NCBI GenBank assembly: GCA_002633005.1
Contig: NMRA01000029.1
Location: 774,861-838,860 of the forward strand
DNA length: 64,000 nucleotides
DNA from: Phoronis australis
Lineage: Eukaryota > Animalia > Phoronida
Direction of reading: 5' to 3'
Shown here: positions 50,301 to 63,019 of the stretch, in pieces
Position numbering within the stretch: the first letter of the stretch is position 1
Layout: every line of letters begins with the position of its first letter
The notes under the pieces: generated by a model
The model's database searches: none
Told to the model about the DNA's origin: nothing
What the model saw: the letters and a program-made list of their open reading frames with translations, nothing else
Position numbers and translations under genes: made by a program

Positions 50301-53300
50301 TGAACAACTTCAAGTATTATGATGGGGTGTATCTCTTTGGACACAGGTTAATGTTCATGTTATTTTGATAATCGCTATTCAGTTCATACTCAATGTGTTG
50401 TTTTATTGGTGTGCCTGTTTAATGGGTGTAAGACAGTCTCTGCCTTGTGTTTGAAAATACATTCTCTCAACAACTAAATTTTACGTTATTCCAGGGAAAC
50501 AAAAACTGCGAAAAGTGTGTTTTGCAAATTTTGTCACTAAATATTTTACGCCAATAAGTGATTATGCGCATGAACAATTAAAAGGAATACAGTGGCATTT
50601 TATGTGACCTGTCACCTCATTCTTTACTAGTATTATGATTATGAATCATTGGGTTGCTTTTCTGAAGCAAAGCTTTCCTGATTGTTTTAGTAATTTTTAA
50701 TTTATGATGATGTCACAAAGTAATTGACAAAATGTGCATCTCTCTCTGACAGGCTCCAAAGTTGAAGCAGTAAACATCAAGTGTGGCTGTGGCTTGAACG
50801 TCTGCTTCAAATGTTTGGAAGCTTCTCATTGGCCAGCTACATGTGACATGGCTGCCAAATACAAGGAGCGATTGGTCAGCAATGGTAAGTAATGGTATAT
50901 AATGTCTTCAGTCAAATTTGTTCTAACAGAAGTTGATTACTTTATACTGTACTTGGATTTAGGGGGGGGGGGTTGTAGGAGGGGTCTGCGTTTCTGTGGT
51001 CCTGACCAAAAATAAAGCAAAATGGTGGTATGCGATTCTAAGGGATATCGAAGATGTCTGTCTATTGTTGTCAGGTGCTTCCTTGTAATATCTTAGATCT
51101 GCTAGTGACTGTTTTGCTAAAAAAAGTTTACATTATTCACAATACCAATTGTTAGATTGAAAAGAATTTTTTCTAAAACATAACCATCAGTTACAACATA
51201 TACCGTATTCATATTCTGCAAGACCTGTGCATCTGATCAATTCATGTAAAAAAGGCAGATAGAATGCTTTTGTTTGATATTTACGGCAATCATGCGTCTG
51301 TCTTTTATCTGTTCCCAAATGACTTTGAGCAAAATGATCTTTATTATTTCAGGTTATGATGTCATGATCCGCAACAGTTTCGGGGACAGTAGCGTGAGGT
51401 TGAAGATAAAGTATTGTCCAAAGTGCGGTAATGGCATTGACAAAGATGGCGGATGTACTCAAATGATCTGTGCTTGCCGTCATTCCTTCTGCTGGAAGTG
51501 TTTGGAGTCGCACACTGGCTACGTTTGCGAAAAGTCTGATGTGGACCTCACGGTGAGTCTTAATGCTTTGTAGTTATAGTGTCATTCAGTTAGTTCGTTT
51601 TCAATAATTAAATTGACAGTTTACTAGTTTTATTCATCCCAATTTGGTTGATAAGTGATCAAAAGAAGTTTCCAATGAATCGCGCTGTGGCTAGTCATCA
51701 TTTATCATCAGCCTGCTCAGTAATAACAAATCTTATAAATTTCAGGATTGGTGATAAACTTTGCTGATAAATTATATCAACCATTGATTTGAATTCTTTT
51801 CAACCATTTATATCTTATCATTCATATACTATTCGTATGGTTTGATAGAAATGGTTGATACAAATTCACATAAAAAGTCATTTATGATAAGTAATGATAA
51901 ACCAAATTGCCTGTGTAGCACCTTCAAACTGGGGACCCGAAACAGATTTGACATTTGAGGCTCCGTTTTCATTTGTTACACAGTGAGAAAATGGCAATTT
52001 TAAAGCACATTTCATGATTTGGTAAATCCCGTTAAGTTGAAAATAGAAGCTGCAGTTGCTTATTTTTAAAGGTTTCTTTTGGTAATTACACCAGCAATTT
52101 CAATTCAATTTTGAATATTAATTAAATCAATATTTTTAGGAGATTAACTTTGAAAGTCCTGCCTTTAACAAGACTGGGGATCCAAACTTTCTTCGTGCCA
52201 TTGAAGGAAGACGAAACCAACATCCAATTCTCGTCACTAAACTACGTCAAAAAGTTATGGAAGTCGCTAGCAAGCTGAAGGTCAGTAGCAATGGTGTGTC
52301 GAGACTTCAATAGTCACTCCACAAAACATTAAGTCGTTCTAGGTTTTTGCTTTTGTTGTTAAACGTTTGTGTTTAAAATGTTTCACCATCTCGCATTGTC
52401 TGTGAAGGAAGTATTTCAAGGAAGACCACTTATGAGGTTGCTGACATCTAAAAAATGTAAAGAGATGTACATATAACATGATTAGTTAACTTTTGCTAGT
52501 TTCAGTTGACGTCTTATTAAGAAAAAACACTTAAAATTTCTGTTATGATGATTAGCAAATAAATTTTTTTCTTGTGACGGCTGAGTTGGAGTGAAATTCA
52601 CCATATTTAGTAATGTCATTGTGATCAAGGATATGAAGTTTTGTCCAATCATACGTGCTGTGTTCTCTAAATGCCTTTTGTCACCTGAATTGCCAAGATG
52701 TTTTAACAATTTGACGTTGGTGGACCTGAATTTGCCGAAAAAAAGTTTATAAAAAGTTGTTTTTTTTTTTGCATTTCACATCAAAACGAATTATTGTCTT
52801 TGATCTGGATGCAAAAAGTTTGCAATGCCACATGTTCTTGGATTCTCTAACAATGACTTATTTAATTTATTTCTGTTTTTTTCATGTACCCAATATCGTA
52901 TTTTTGTTTTTTCAGTCATGTGAAACAGAACACATCACGTGTGATCCATCTGCTGCCATTTTGAAACTTTCTGATGTAAATGGCCCAGAGGCCGACACTT
53001 CATCATTCCCTGACCTGCTCTCCTGTGAAAGAAGGGTGGAAACCCAATTGGAGCAGAAGTGCAAGCAGACGGTGCAGAAGAACAGGATAGTCAATGGCTT
53101 CCTGTTGAGAACTGTCGACTTTTCACGTCAGGTATGTTACATTTTAGTGTGTAGTGCTCTCGGCAGCATCAGGTATGTTACGTTTTAGTGTGTAGTGCTC
53201 TCGGCAGCACCAGGTTACATTTTGTACATGTATGTTGCGAACGCAATTTTTCAATTTTTTACCGAGTCTAAGAAGACAGCTGGCCCTGGCATATTCGGTA

Positions 53301-54519
53301 ATAAATCAAAAAAGTTTTGCATTCTTATCTGGTCGCTACCATATGTGGCAAAGAATTGGTTTAGTTCTACTTCTAAAAATGAAAAAGTACGTCAATATTT
53401 TTTTCGGCTGTACTGTTTCCTTAATTGTTGAGATTCTATCGTATAAGAATACTCAACAAGTACTGCACCACGTGACTTCAAATCTTGGTGATGACGGCTT
53501 TGAAAATTCTAACTTTTGTGATTGCATTTATTTTCAAAACATATTCCTATGATGTCACATGTCTTTTCAGATACATCACGTTATGGAATATCTCAACATT
53601 CTGATCGAAGCTCGTCGCCACACAGAGAAGCCAACTGCTTTTCTGTCACAGTCCCTGAACACTTTGTCCTTCACAGCATCAGTAATGGACCAGGTTAGTG
53701 TCATCATACTCTCTTGACGTTTTATAATACTCGTTCGATTTAAAGCCAAGGGTGTTTAAATTGAGAAACACAAAATTTTGAAGTAGGTACGTTACATTTT
53801 TTTCATAAGTCACAGAATTGCATTGTCAGTTTGATGTGGTAGTCAAATGAAGTAATAGCTAATATATATCATATATTCTGTTTAATGGTCAGTGGTACCA
53901 AATTGTGTGTGCTGTCAAATCCTGATTGCATAGACTGACCTTGATCCTGTATCGGAGCATAGGCTTATAAGAGGGAATTTTGGGGATGGCTTTAACCCAC
54001 ACAAGTACAGAAATTTCCCAGATGCCTCTGTTAAGTGAATACTGATTTTGTTGACAGCGTTCGCGAGGACAGTTTTATGAATTCCTTCGCAAAGCCCCAA
54101 AATTAAGTAAAAGACTGTGATTTCATTAAAGTGCTCAAATTCTTGCTGAAAACAAAGCAAGCATGTTCTCTCAAGAAGAATTCATGGAATTAACATGGTC
54201 CTACATGACCGTATCACATGGCAGAATTCTTGGGTGGGGGGTGGCTGGTTGTAATATAGAGTCTGGTGTGTATTGTTCAACAGTTTACTGAGTAGACCTG
54301 GAAAGCGAGCTCAGAGCAATTATTGTTTGACAAAAGCTAATTTATTGATGTTGGTCTGTGAGGTTTAGATTATGACAGTTGTGCTGTATTTTCCAGATCA
54401 TTATGGCAGGAAAAAATCAAGACATGAAACAGGTCATACCACGGCTGCAGCGATTGATCAATACAGCGGGAGATAGTTTGAGGAATTTGGCACTTTGCGT
54501 GAAGTCAATTCAACATTAA
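44318..54519 (+). CDS. RBR-type (RING1-IBR-RING2, Ariadne-like) E3 ubiquitin ligase with long uncharacterised N-terminus, 13 coding exons, ~893 aa
   Basis: Exons: 44318-44470, 45019-45394, 47349-47952, 48252-48380, 48844-48994, 49381-49560 (RING1 CSVC..CLHWFCNDCW..C), 50002-50155 (C..KWCPNPRC), 50753-50884 (IBR CGCGLNVCFKC..HWPATC), 51353-51552 (RING2 CPKC..KDGGCTQMICACRHSFCWKC), 52140-52280, 52916-53131, 53571-53693, 54397-54519 (TAA). Total 2682 nt in frame. Probable non-coding exon ending at a donor near 44005; AATAAA at 54617. Confidence 0.85.
45418..46791. mobile_element. Non-autonomous Tc1/mariner (pogo/Tc2-like) element with TA TSD
   Basis: TA|ccgtactcgccgtaataactgccc ... gggcggttattacggcgaatacgg|TA. 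No transposase ORF. Second copy at 63576. Confidence 0.88.
53129..53225. repeat. 41-bp tandem repeat (2 full copies plus a partial) containing a splice donor
   Basis: caggtatgttac(a/g)ttttagtgtgtagtgctctcggcagca(t/c) starting at 53129 and 53170; partial copy at 53211. Confidence 0.88.
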
Positions 54520-55687
54520 AAATTTCAAGGTCATGGCTCCTTTGTTGGTTAAATATTTGACCCATTTGTGATATCTTAATTGCACACATTTTGTGAGTTG
54601 AGACAGTCATGTTCTTAATAAAGTTTAAATATGTCGTTTTCCATAACCTTATTATAAGTATTAACTCCGTCATCTCTGTCATGCATTGACCAAAGTCATG
54701 TTTGCAAGCATCTTTTTGCATTCTGTAATTTTATTGATTTTCATGTACTTGTAGGTGATGTCATTTGACCAATACCTGTATTTGTTTTGTTATTAAAGCA
54801 ATATTGAATTCAGATGGCAATGCCGATCGTTTACTAAGTTCTTTGTTTTTATGCAATGTGACGCATTACTCGTCAATAAATGTAAGGTGCAAGAGTACTA
54901 ATATACAGTAAATCTTGCCTAATTCAGACATGCATCAATCAGATTTGTACTTAAATTAGACAAAAGTTGTGCAGTATGGTTGTTCTAGTTTGTGCACTTG
55001 GCCCTTCAGATAAGTCAGATTTTGTCTAACTCAAGTAAAATGATTGTCCTGTTGGATCAGACTGATGTGAGTTTTAATGTATTTCCTGAAAATAGTTAAT
55101 CATTCATTCACAAAAATTACTGTTACAACTTTATTTTATTACTAAAACAAAATGTAATACAAAAATTCATTTACTGACAACAGCTCTTGTTATGTCGCAT
55201 GACAAAGCACAGTCTTACAAAACTTTACTTTCAGAAACATAGCAAGCATTTGATTTCCACCTTCATTAGTAAATGACCGTTGATTTACTAACAACATATC
55301 ATGCCTTACGATTCCTGCCAACTTTGCCTATAGCTTCTGTGACAATGTGACCAATTGATGGAGACTAAAATTACTTACCATCTTTATTTTTAAATAAATC
55401 ATAGTTTACAGTTTATTTACAAGTTACGTCATGTTATGAACACAAGATTCACAAAGAATTCTGGATGAGTATTTCACCAACGCTGCTGAAAGGATATCCA
55501 CTGCTTAACAATTAACTAAGTTCCTTAAAGTTTCAGGTTATCTTCCTCTGACCAAAAACTGTTTATAAAACCAAACAATAATGAACTGATCACAGCCAAA
55601 ATTTTGATGAACCGCATTTGATTTTAAAGATGGTGATGTGGAGTTCTTACAACATTCTATGATTGTAACACACAAAGCAGATGACGT

Positions 55688-58600
55688 CTATCTGCTGGAT
55701 GTGTTGAATTGCATGAAATAGGCTGCAGTTGGTGGGTTGGTGTATACTTCTTTATCTAAGAATTCTTTGCGATCCCTTTGTTCTGAAGCAAGACGTTTAT
55801 TCTCCTCTGCCTGCTGTCTTTGAAGATCCTTGCGCAGACGTTCCTGCTCTCTCTGGATAAGCTCTGCCGCACGTGCATTGGCCACACGTTGTCGGTCCCA
55901 CTCTTTGTTGCGGATTTCTTCTTCTTGCTTCCTCCTCTGTAACACACAAATTTAAAGTAAGAAAATGACAAAACTGGTCACTCGTAATCGTAGCCTGGCG
56001 TCTAATCTTAATACCAGAAACTCCACTCAAGTATTGACCAATTTGAGGATAAACTTAAAAAATGTGTACTCTAATCTTGGGGCGTGATTGGTTGTCAAGG
56101 TTTGACTTGAGTTCAAAGATTAGAACCTGAGCCCAGGAGCTTGATATTCACAAAGCAAGTGCTAGCGAAAAAACAATTCTGCCTGAAATGCATCTATTAC
56201 ATGGGGCCCTTAACCTGCAAATGACTGAATGCTGGTGAAAAGATTTGTTTTCAAAAGAGGATATTTTTTCACCTGCCTGACTGCAATGTCACTGAGACAC
56301 GACTTAACCAAAACGCCACAATGACAACTGACGTGTAAAGAGCAGTCACCACCGACATTAAATAAAAACAAGCTGTAATTTGTATTTGTAAACTCCATTC
56401 AATAAGGTGACGTAGTGGAATTTTATAGTGTCACATTTGTACAATGAAATGTCACATTGTCACATGGCACATTTTGTTATTTGTAGCAGTGAAGTGCGCC
56501 TGTGATAACAGAAAAAAATACAATTTTGGCAATTGGCAAAATAATGGACGAGTTACTATATCTGTTGAAACAGTAATTCACTAATATTCCCCCAACATTG
56601 AAAAATCCTTTTGAACAATTACATGTGGCTTCACGCCCACACCAGATTTTTAACAGATTTTAAGAATTTTTAAAAATACTCCATGCATTACTTTGGACCA
56701 ATACAGTATTAAGAAAATTGCAGTTCACACTTTTAAAATGCCTATGCAACAAACTTATCCTTTTACTCTCATGAAATCGTTTTAATAATAAATTCCTTAT
56801 CGTGATTCTATGTTTGTTGGTAACAAAAATTCTATTAATTTTCCAGCCAGGCAAACATAGCAAAATGCATCTTGAGACAAAGTAATATCAAACGAACCTC
56901 ATTCTCTTTCCTCTGTATCTCCTGTGTTCTCCTGATCTCCTCAATCTGCTTGGGTGACATGCCCTTCCATCGGTCTGTGATGACTCTGTGTGGGCCCCAG
57001 GCACTCTGGGCCACCGATGGGTTCTCTGTTAGTATGTCCCCATAGATATGGTTGGCCATTTCTGTCATGTTGTCATCCAGCTCCTGTTGTTTCTTCAATC
57101 TGTTTTTATCTGCTATTTCACTGGCCTGAAAGTACACCCATTTAGCCATTAGTCTATGTCATGTGTGTGCTCACAAGAAAGATGATATCAAAGGCACATG
57201 GATGTCTCTGAAAAAGCACTTAGTTCTAAATGGATGTTCCTCCTAAAGTTGATTCTTTGTTTAAACATTTGCTCCAAAGAAATTACATAAAGCATACATA
57301 CATTTCTTCAGTGATATGGATTCAATTTTGGAAATAAATCATGTGCATTCACTGAAACTGCTGTACTTCACCAATTAGGTCAACTAAGATTTTGTAACTA
57401 ATGGTAAATGCTGACGTATTAAGCTACTGTAATCTACAAATATTATCAATATATGGTAATGAAAATACATTTTAGTGTGTGCATGAAATTTCATAATAAC
57501 CACAGGGAAATGTTTCCACTTAACAATACCGTACAACTGTTTTTAGCTACAATGATGGTCATTATAATGAAAATCAACAAATCTCAGATTTCTGGCAAAT
57601 TTCTCAACAACAAACTTTCTAATCAAATAACAGCATATATAGCGCTGATACAAGACCCTGCATCACTCAGTACATGCAAAGGTATGTGACACATTTAAAC
57701 ATGCAAAGTGATGTAGTTGCTATTTTAATATTGAGCAAGCATGAGACCACTTACTAGAGCCTGGTTAAAGTCCTTCTGAGCTACATTGATTGCTCGTCTA
57801 CAGTCCTCCTCAGCCTTCTGTAGTTCTAAAGCCCTTTGATCCAACTCGCGCATTTTAAGTTCATACAGCCTATCAGACTTATCCTGATTGTCTTTGGCTA
57901 GTTGTTTTTCCCTTTGTTGTTGAAGTGACCATTCCCTATTCTGTTCTTGTTGAAACTTTGTACGAGCTTTGTTGTTTAAATCTTCTCCGTCAAATTTTTG
58001 TATGCTCGCTATTCCACATCTAGGATCATCATCGCTGACTCTGGAAGGCTTGTCCTTTTTCTTGCCATCTGGGTCGTATAGATCCCATTCCCTCCTGCCC
58101 TCGGGTTGCTGGTGAAACATGCGGAATTCATTGACAGCTTTGTTAAGTTCACGGACATCGTGTTCTTGACGCTTCTGCAGCATTTCTGCAATCTTGTCAT
58201 TTCTGATCATGTCATGGGCTGGAAAGAGTTACAAGTATTTTAGTCAAAATGAAACCATTGCTGAGTTACAAAATTTGAAAACCTGTGAATTCTGACACAC
58301 GTCATCCAAAGACAACCATTTGGCAGTAACATTTTTCATATAACGTTGTCATTTGGTACTGCTCTAGCTTTTCTTTTTCAACAAAAATGGTCATAAAAAT
58401 GGTAATGTCTCAGTGACTTATATTTATGTTTCCTTATTAATAAAGTCAACTGAACCTTTAACTTTCTGATCAAATTCAAGTACATTGAGCAGTCAAAACT
58501 CAAAAAGCTCCTTGTTGTGAAGTGAGTGTTTGTTTCTTAACTGCTTTGTTCACACCAAATAACTTGATACATTCCAACTGGTAGTAGTGAATACAGTACT

Positions 58601-59931
58601 CTGTTTTTTACAAATGCATAGATTGAGACCAGAATGCAGATCGTCAGTGCTGTACGGTCTGTAAGGTGCTGCCACCTATGGGTACCTCTGGGGATTGAGG
58701 ATTCAAAGATGGCGCAGCCCATGCTGCGTTCGTAACAGAATACAAGTCTTCAATATAAACAAAATATTATTCGATCATTACAATCAGCAAGAGGCCTTAT
58801 TCGCGTGATAAGGGACGCACGTGATAACCTGAATGCAGCCGGCATTTCTTTGGGATAATCCCTTGTATCACTTGCAACACCTAGTGAATGTCAAGTTCCC
58901 TATTATAAGCTATTGAAACATCAAATTGTAGTTAATTACCAAAGGCTTCGTGCCTCCTCCTTTCATATTCATTTTGTTGATTTCTGTCCACCACCTGTTG
59001 GTTGACAGCTTGCAAATCGATCTGAAATACAAAATTTGAAAACTATAACTCAGGATCAAATTACAATTTAGGTGTTTAGTAATACTCACTTGAACGATAT
59101 AGACTATGCTTCTGAGTTTGTTGAACGGGTCACAGTCACAAAATAACAACAGAGGACAAGTAAGCTGACAGTTGTAGTATAAGTTATCGTTCTCCACAAC
59201 CTGTTTTGACTGCGTGAATTTTTGCTTGTGTTTAATGCAATGCAGGGAATTTTTAAGTATCGGGAGACTAGTCATTTCTTAAGCAAATTAGGCCATTTTG
59301 GGAGTAACCACGTTCAATCCATTTATTCCAAAACTGTACTCACAAATTACCCACAACATGAGTTATGTATTTCCAGCTGAGTTTAAATTTTTAGTTGTGG
59401 AGAACACTGCAAGCAGTAGAAGGAATATAGCAGTGGAATTAATCATTTATTTAGGAATTTGAGTGTTATTTTTCTCATTCAGACACTGTCCAGTAAACAT
59501 TACAAAGGTGAATCGATATCAAGAACAATTAAAATCAAATTCCCACAAGTTCTACCTTTTTACATGAACTTTCCAAGCACGAAAATATTTTGTCATTTCC
59601 AGGTTCCCACGAGAGTGGAAACGTAACCCGTCAGTAAAGAAGTAGTTAAGCAGAGGGAACCATGTAAAATATCTTGTTATTAAGTTGTAATTCTGACAAT
59701 GATCTTTGACTGAAAATACACGTAGATCAGAAATAAGAATGGTTCTCAAAATAATACACCCACAAGAAAAGTGTATTATTGAATGCTTTAAATATTCTTG
59801 CAGAAAATACTTACACCGATGGTTCTTATCTTGGCATTGAAAATTCTGCTCTGTCTGTGCGCTTCCTGATTTCGACGGCGCTCCACCGCCGCCGTTTCTT
59901 TGTAATCGATCGGTAAATCAAGTTTATACAT
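55688..59931 (-). CDS. RIBC2: RIB43A-like coiled-coil protein (ciliary microtubule inner protein), 5 exons, 379 aa
   Basis: Exons (minus): 59815-59931 (MYKLDLP..RQSRIFNAKIRTIG), 58940-59021, 57755-58218 (RREWDLYDPD..RVSDDDPRCGIASIQKFDGEDL), 56898-57125 (LTENP..GPHRVITDRWKGMS), 55688-55936 (NPPTAAYFMQFNTSSR*). 1140 nt in frame. Probably co-orthologous to vertebrate RIBC1 and RIBC2. Confidence 0.95.
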
Positions 59932-60504
59932 TTTGTTAAACTTAGATCTACTATGCCTCCGACGACTATTTACACTAACCGACAGAGAAAATCTACTGTT
60001 TGTGAGAAGTTGGCGCAAAATTCACTGATAAAATCGCCTCGTCTGATCCGCGTGTTTGCTGACGACGACTGGGTTTTGTGTAAACTCGACGGTTGTCAGG
60101 ACGTGTCGTAAACAGGGAGGCTTGACAACGGGAGCATTGAGTTTTAGTTCGAAAATATTTCACTATTAACAAAAAACTGTAATAATAATAACAAATAGTT
60201 AATTAAAATTCTTTAAAATATAGTATTATACGTTTATATTATAAAATATTTCTTATATGCATTTAAATTTGCTTGCACTTTCTGGTTTTGCATATAAAAC
60301 AATAGCTGTTCAAGTTTCGCGAAGTTGGTGAGATTGTTCGATATTTTCCGATTTTGTCGGTCCTGCGCAGTGGTTTCCCGCTAAATTTCCGTCGAAAGAT
60401 GTGAAACAGTCCATTGTTTTGTCATTCCAAGGTTAAATTAAGGACTGTTTATTTTGCGATTTCAGTAATATTTTGCGGGTTGCACAGAAAAATCGTAAGA
60501 CAAA
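59932..60504. promoter_or_regulatory. Bidirectional RIBC2/SMC1 promoter region (573 bp between ATGs)
   Basis: Two CpG-rich patches separated by an AT-rich spacer. RFX-like half sites at 60092 and 60121, forkhead GTAAACA at 60108, E2F-like TTTCGCG at 60315 and TTTCCCGC at 60374. Confidence 0.7.
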
Positions 60505-63019
60505 ATGCCTGGCTATCTAAAATACCTGGAACTTGACAACTTCAAGTCTTACAAAGGCAAACAGAAGGTTGGACCTTTCAAAAGATTCAGCGCCATTATC
60601 GGTCCGAATGGGTCAGGTGGGCTACAACATTCTATTTCAGGTTTAAAACGAGTGAGACTGTGATATGCGTGCAAGCGTGCAATTGTTCAGTACTTAGCAA
60701 TTACTAATAGCCCTGGAGTTGGAAATTTTTTGCTCATTTCATGTTTGTTCGATTAGTTATTAACCAGTTCAAATTGACAAATTCGTTCATATATTTATTT
60801 ATTTTATAATATTTGTATGGTAGGCTACTGCCTGGTCAGATATAGCGATAGCGGCCCATGATTTAGAGGAACCACTTTTAACCACTGACATTGAATGGCA
60901 GCCCCGATATTCAGTAATTACCCAGGGTTTTCCAATGTCACTTTGTTTTTAATTGAAGATTTTTTACAATGAATTCTCCGTACAATAGCCATGGGGCATG
61001 GTGGTAACACTAACAGCTTTACTTTTCTGCTGTGCTTTTACTCCTCGTTTAATCAATCTCGTTTCCATTTCTTTGCAGGAAAATCAAACATGATGGATGC
61101 CATTTGCTTTGTCTTAGGAGAGAAGACTTCTAACTTACGAGTCAGGAAATTGAGTGTAAGTGAAACTGGTCAAATAAAAACACACACAAAGGTCAAACGA
61201 AGGTAGCGTTTTTTAATGGAATTATGCAACTTTGATCCAAAGTAAGTTATTAAGTGAAAGCTTTTCTTTAGGATCCGATCCAACACTGTTGTCGACAAAG
61301 GGGAAAACATGGCTATTATAACATCATCAAAACAGCTTCTGCAAGGCTGATCATATTACTGTACTAACATCAGTGCTTGATGCTTAGCTTAACGCCAAGT
61401 CGCATTTGGCGACCTGGCAAAAATCTGCGGTCGCTAAACGAAATCTAAGGTCACCAAACAGAAAATCCCAGGCTGCCAAACAAAAGATGAGGTTGTCCAT
61501 GCGCCGTACAGTTCCTGGACTAGAAAAAAGGTCCCACGGTTGTAATGTGTACGTCACCCATTCTGTTGCGCGTACCTCTCCAATTTTTCCCTGTAAATGT
61601 ATAAATGTACATTCACTTTGTAACCAAATTTCTTTGCCGGTGAACGAACATGGACCAAAGATGACCACATGGAGTGATAGAACGCAAATTTCACCAGCGT
61701 AGCCCGATTTTTGCCAAACAATTCGGACTTCCGCCTGTTTATTTCCTGTTGCAATTTTACGCGCGTTTGATCTATGCTGACTGCTTTGGTGACAAATGCA
61801 TTGATTTCACGAAGTAAACGGAACACTTTTAAGTCAAAGGAAAAGTGTTAGTAGTTTAAAGTTTAGAATTATTCCCAGGTCATCAAACACAATCTGAGAT
61901 TGCTTTGGTGTGCCGTCGTGCAGGTCGCCAAATCGAGTGCTGAACATTATCAATATCTTGTTGCTGTGTGTGTTTACACAACCTGGAATGTCGTTCTTGT
62001 ATGTCTTAGAAATATTGTAGCCGATGATATAGAAAATTCATGGTTACCTTTCATGAAAAATGAAAAAGGGTAAAAACCATCATAAAATTTCATGAGATGA
62101 ATACTAACCCTCATTACAAGTCATTACGAGCTGTTGTTGCTTGGCAACAGTAATACATAGAAAAGAAGATTCTATTTTTGTGAAAGAATTATTTGGTTGA
62201 AGATGTATTATGTAGTTTGTAATACTTGTGGAAATTAAAAGTACCATAAGATGGAAGGTGGTAACCAGGAGTTAGGCATATTTGTCTTTTACTCCCCCCC
62301 CCCCCTCCCCCCAGTGGTCTGTGGTTTAAATTGTTCTATTCCATCAACAGGACCTCATCCACGGTGCACCTGTTGGCAAGCCAGCAGCCAGTCGTGCATC
62401 AGTCACTGCAGTATACGCTGAGGAAGATGGGTCCGAAATCCATTTCAGCAGAATTATTCACGGCAGTTCTTCAGAATACAGAGTCAATGGCAAGGTTAGA
62501 GAATGGTTTTGGCATTTAGCTTCCCCCTTCCAGTTCCAGTGTCTTATTGAAAACAACCCGACACAGATATTCACAAAGTTGAAACAGTGCTGGAAGTAGA
62601 GACCAGACTCTCAATGGTCTTGAAGTGTAGTTTAGTGATACCTGAATGCGTGAATTTTTTATTGCGGGGCACATCTCCACCCATCGCTTCATCTGAATTT
62701 CTACTATAAGAAAATTAGGTTTGAGAATTTGCTGAAATGTGTAGTTATGGTGAATCGAAGGCAACACATAAATTAATAATTGTGTGCTAGTGTTTGTAAA
62801 TGTATTATAGGTCTGAATTAAAGTTGTACCTGAGCACAAAATTCAGATCATTTAAAACATCTCATTCCAGCCGTGCACCATTCAAGACTATGCTTCAGAG
62901 TTGGAGAAGATCGGCATTCTGATGAAGTCCAAGAACTTTCTTGTCTTCCAAGGCGCTGTCGAGAACATCGCGATGAAGAACGCTAAAGAAAGAACTGCTA
63001 TGTTTGAGGAAATGAGCAA
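60505..63019 (+). CDS. SMC1A: Cohesin subunit SMC1, first four exons; continues past the right edge
   Basis: Exons: 60505-60616 ([27 protein letters not shown]), 61079-61155 ([21 protein letters not shown]), 62351-62494 ([11 protein letters not shown]), 62871-63019 ([16 protein letters not shown]). Walker A GPNGSGKSN and SMC1-specific motifs. Confidence 0.96.
61371..61942. mobile_element. Non-autonomous TIR element with 5-bp TSD in SMC1 intron 2
   Basis: cagtgcttga..atttggcgacctg / caggtcgccaaat-cgagtgctg. aacat at 61366-61370 and 61943-61947. Confidence 0.7.

Noticed and set aside
44318-54519. Assignment to ANKIB1 (human 7q21, near DMTF1) or ARIH1/2
   Set aside because: No ankyrin repeats are visible and the IBR/RING2 motifs differ from those I recall; symbol left blank.
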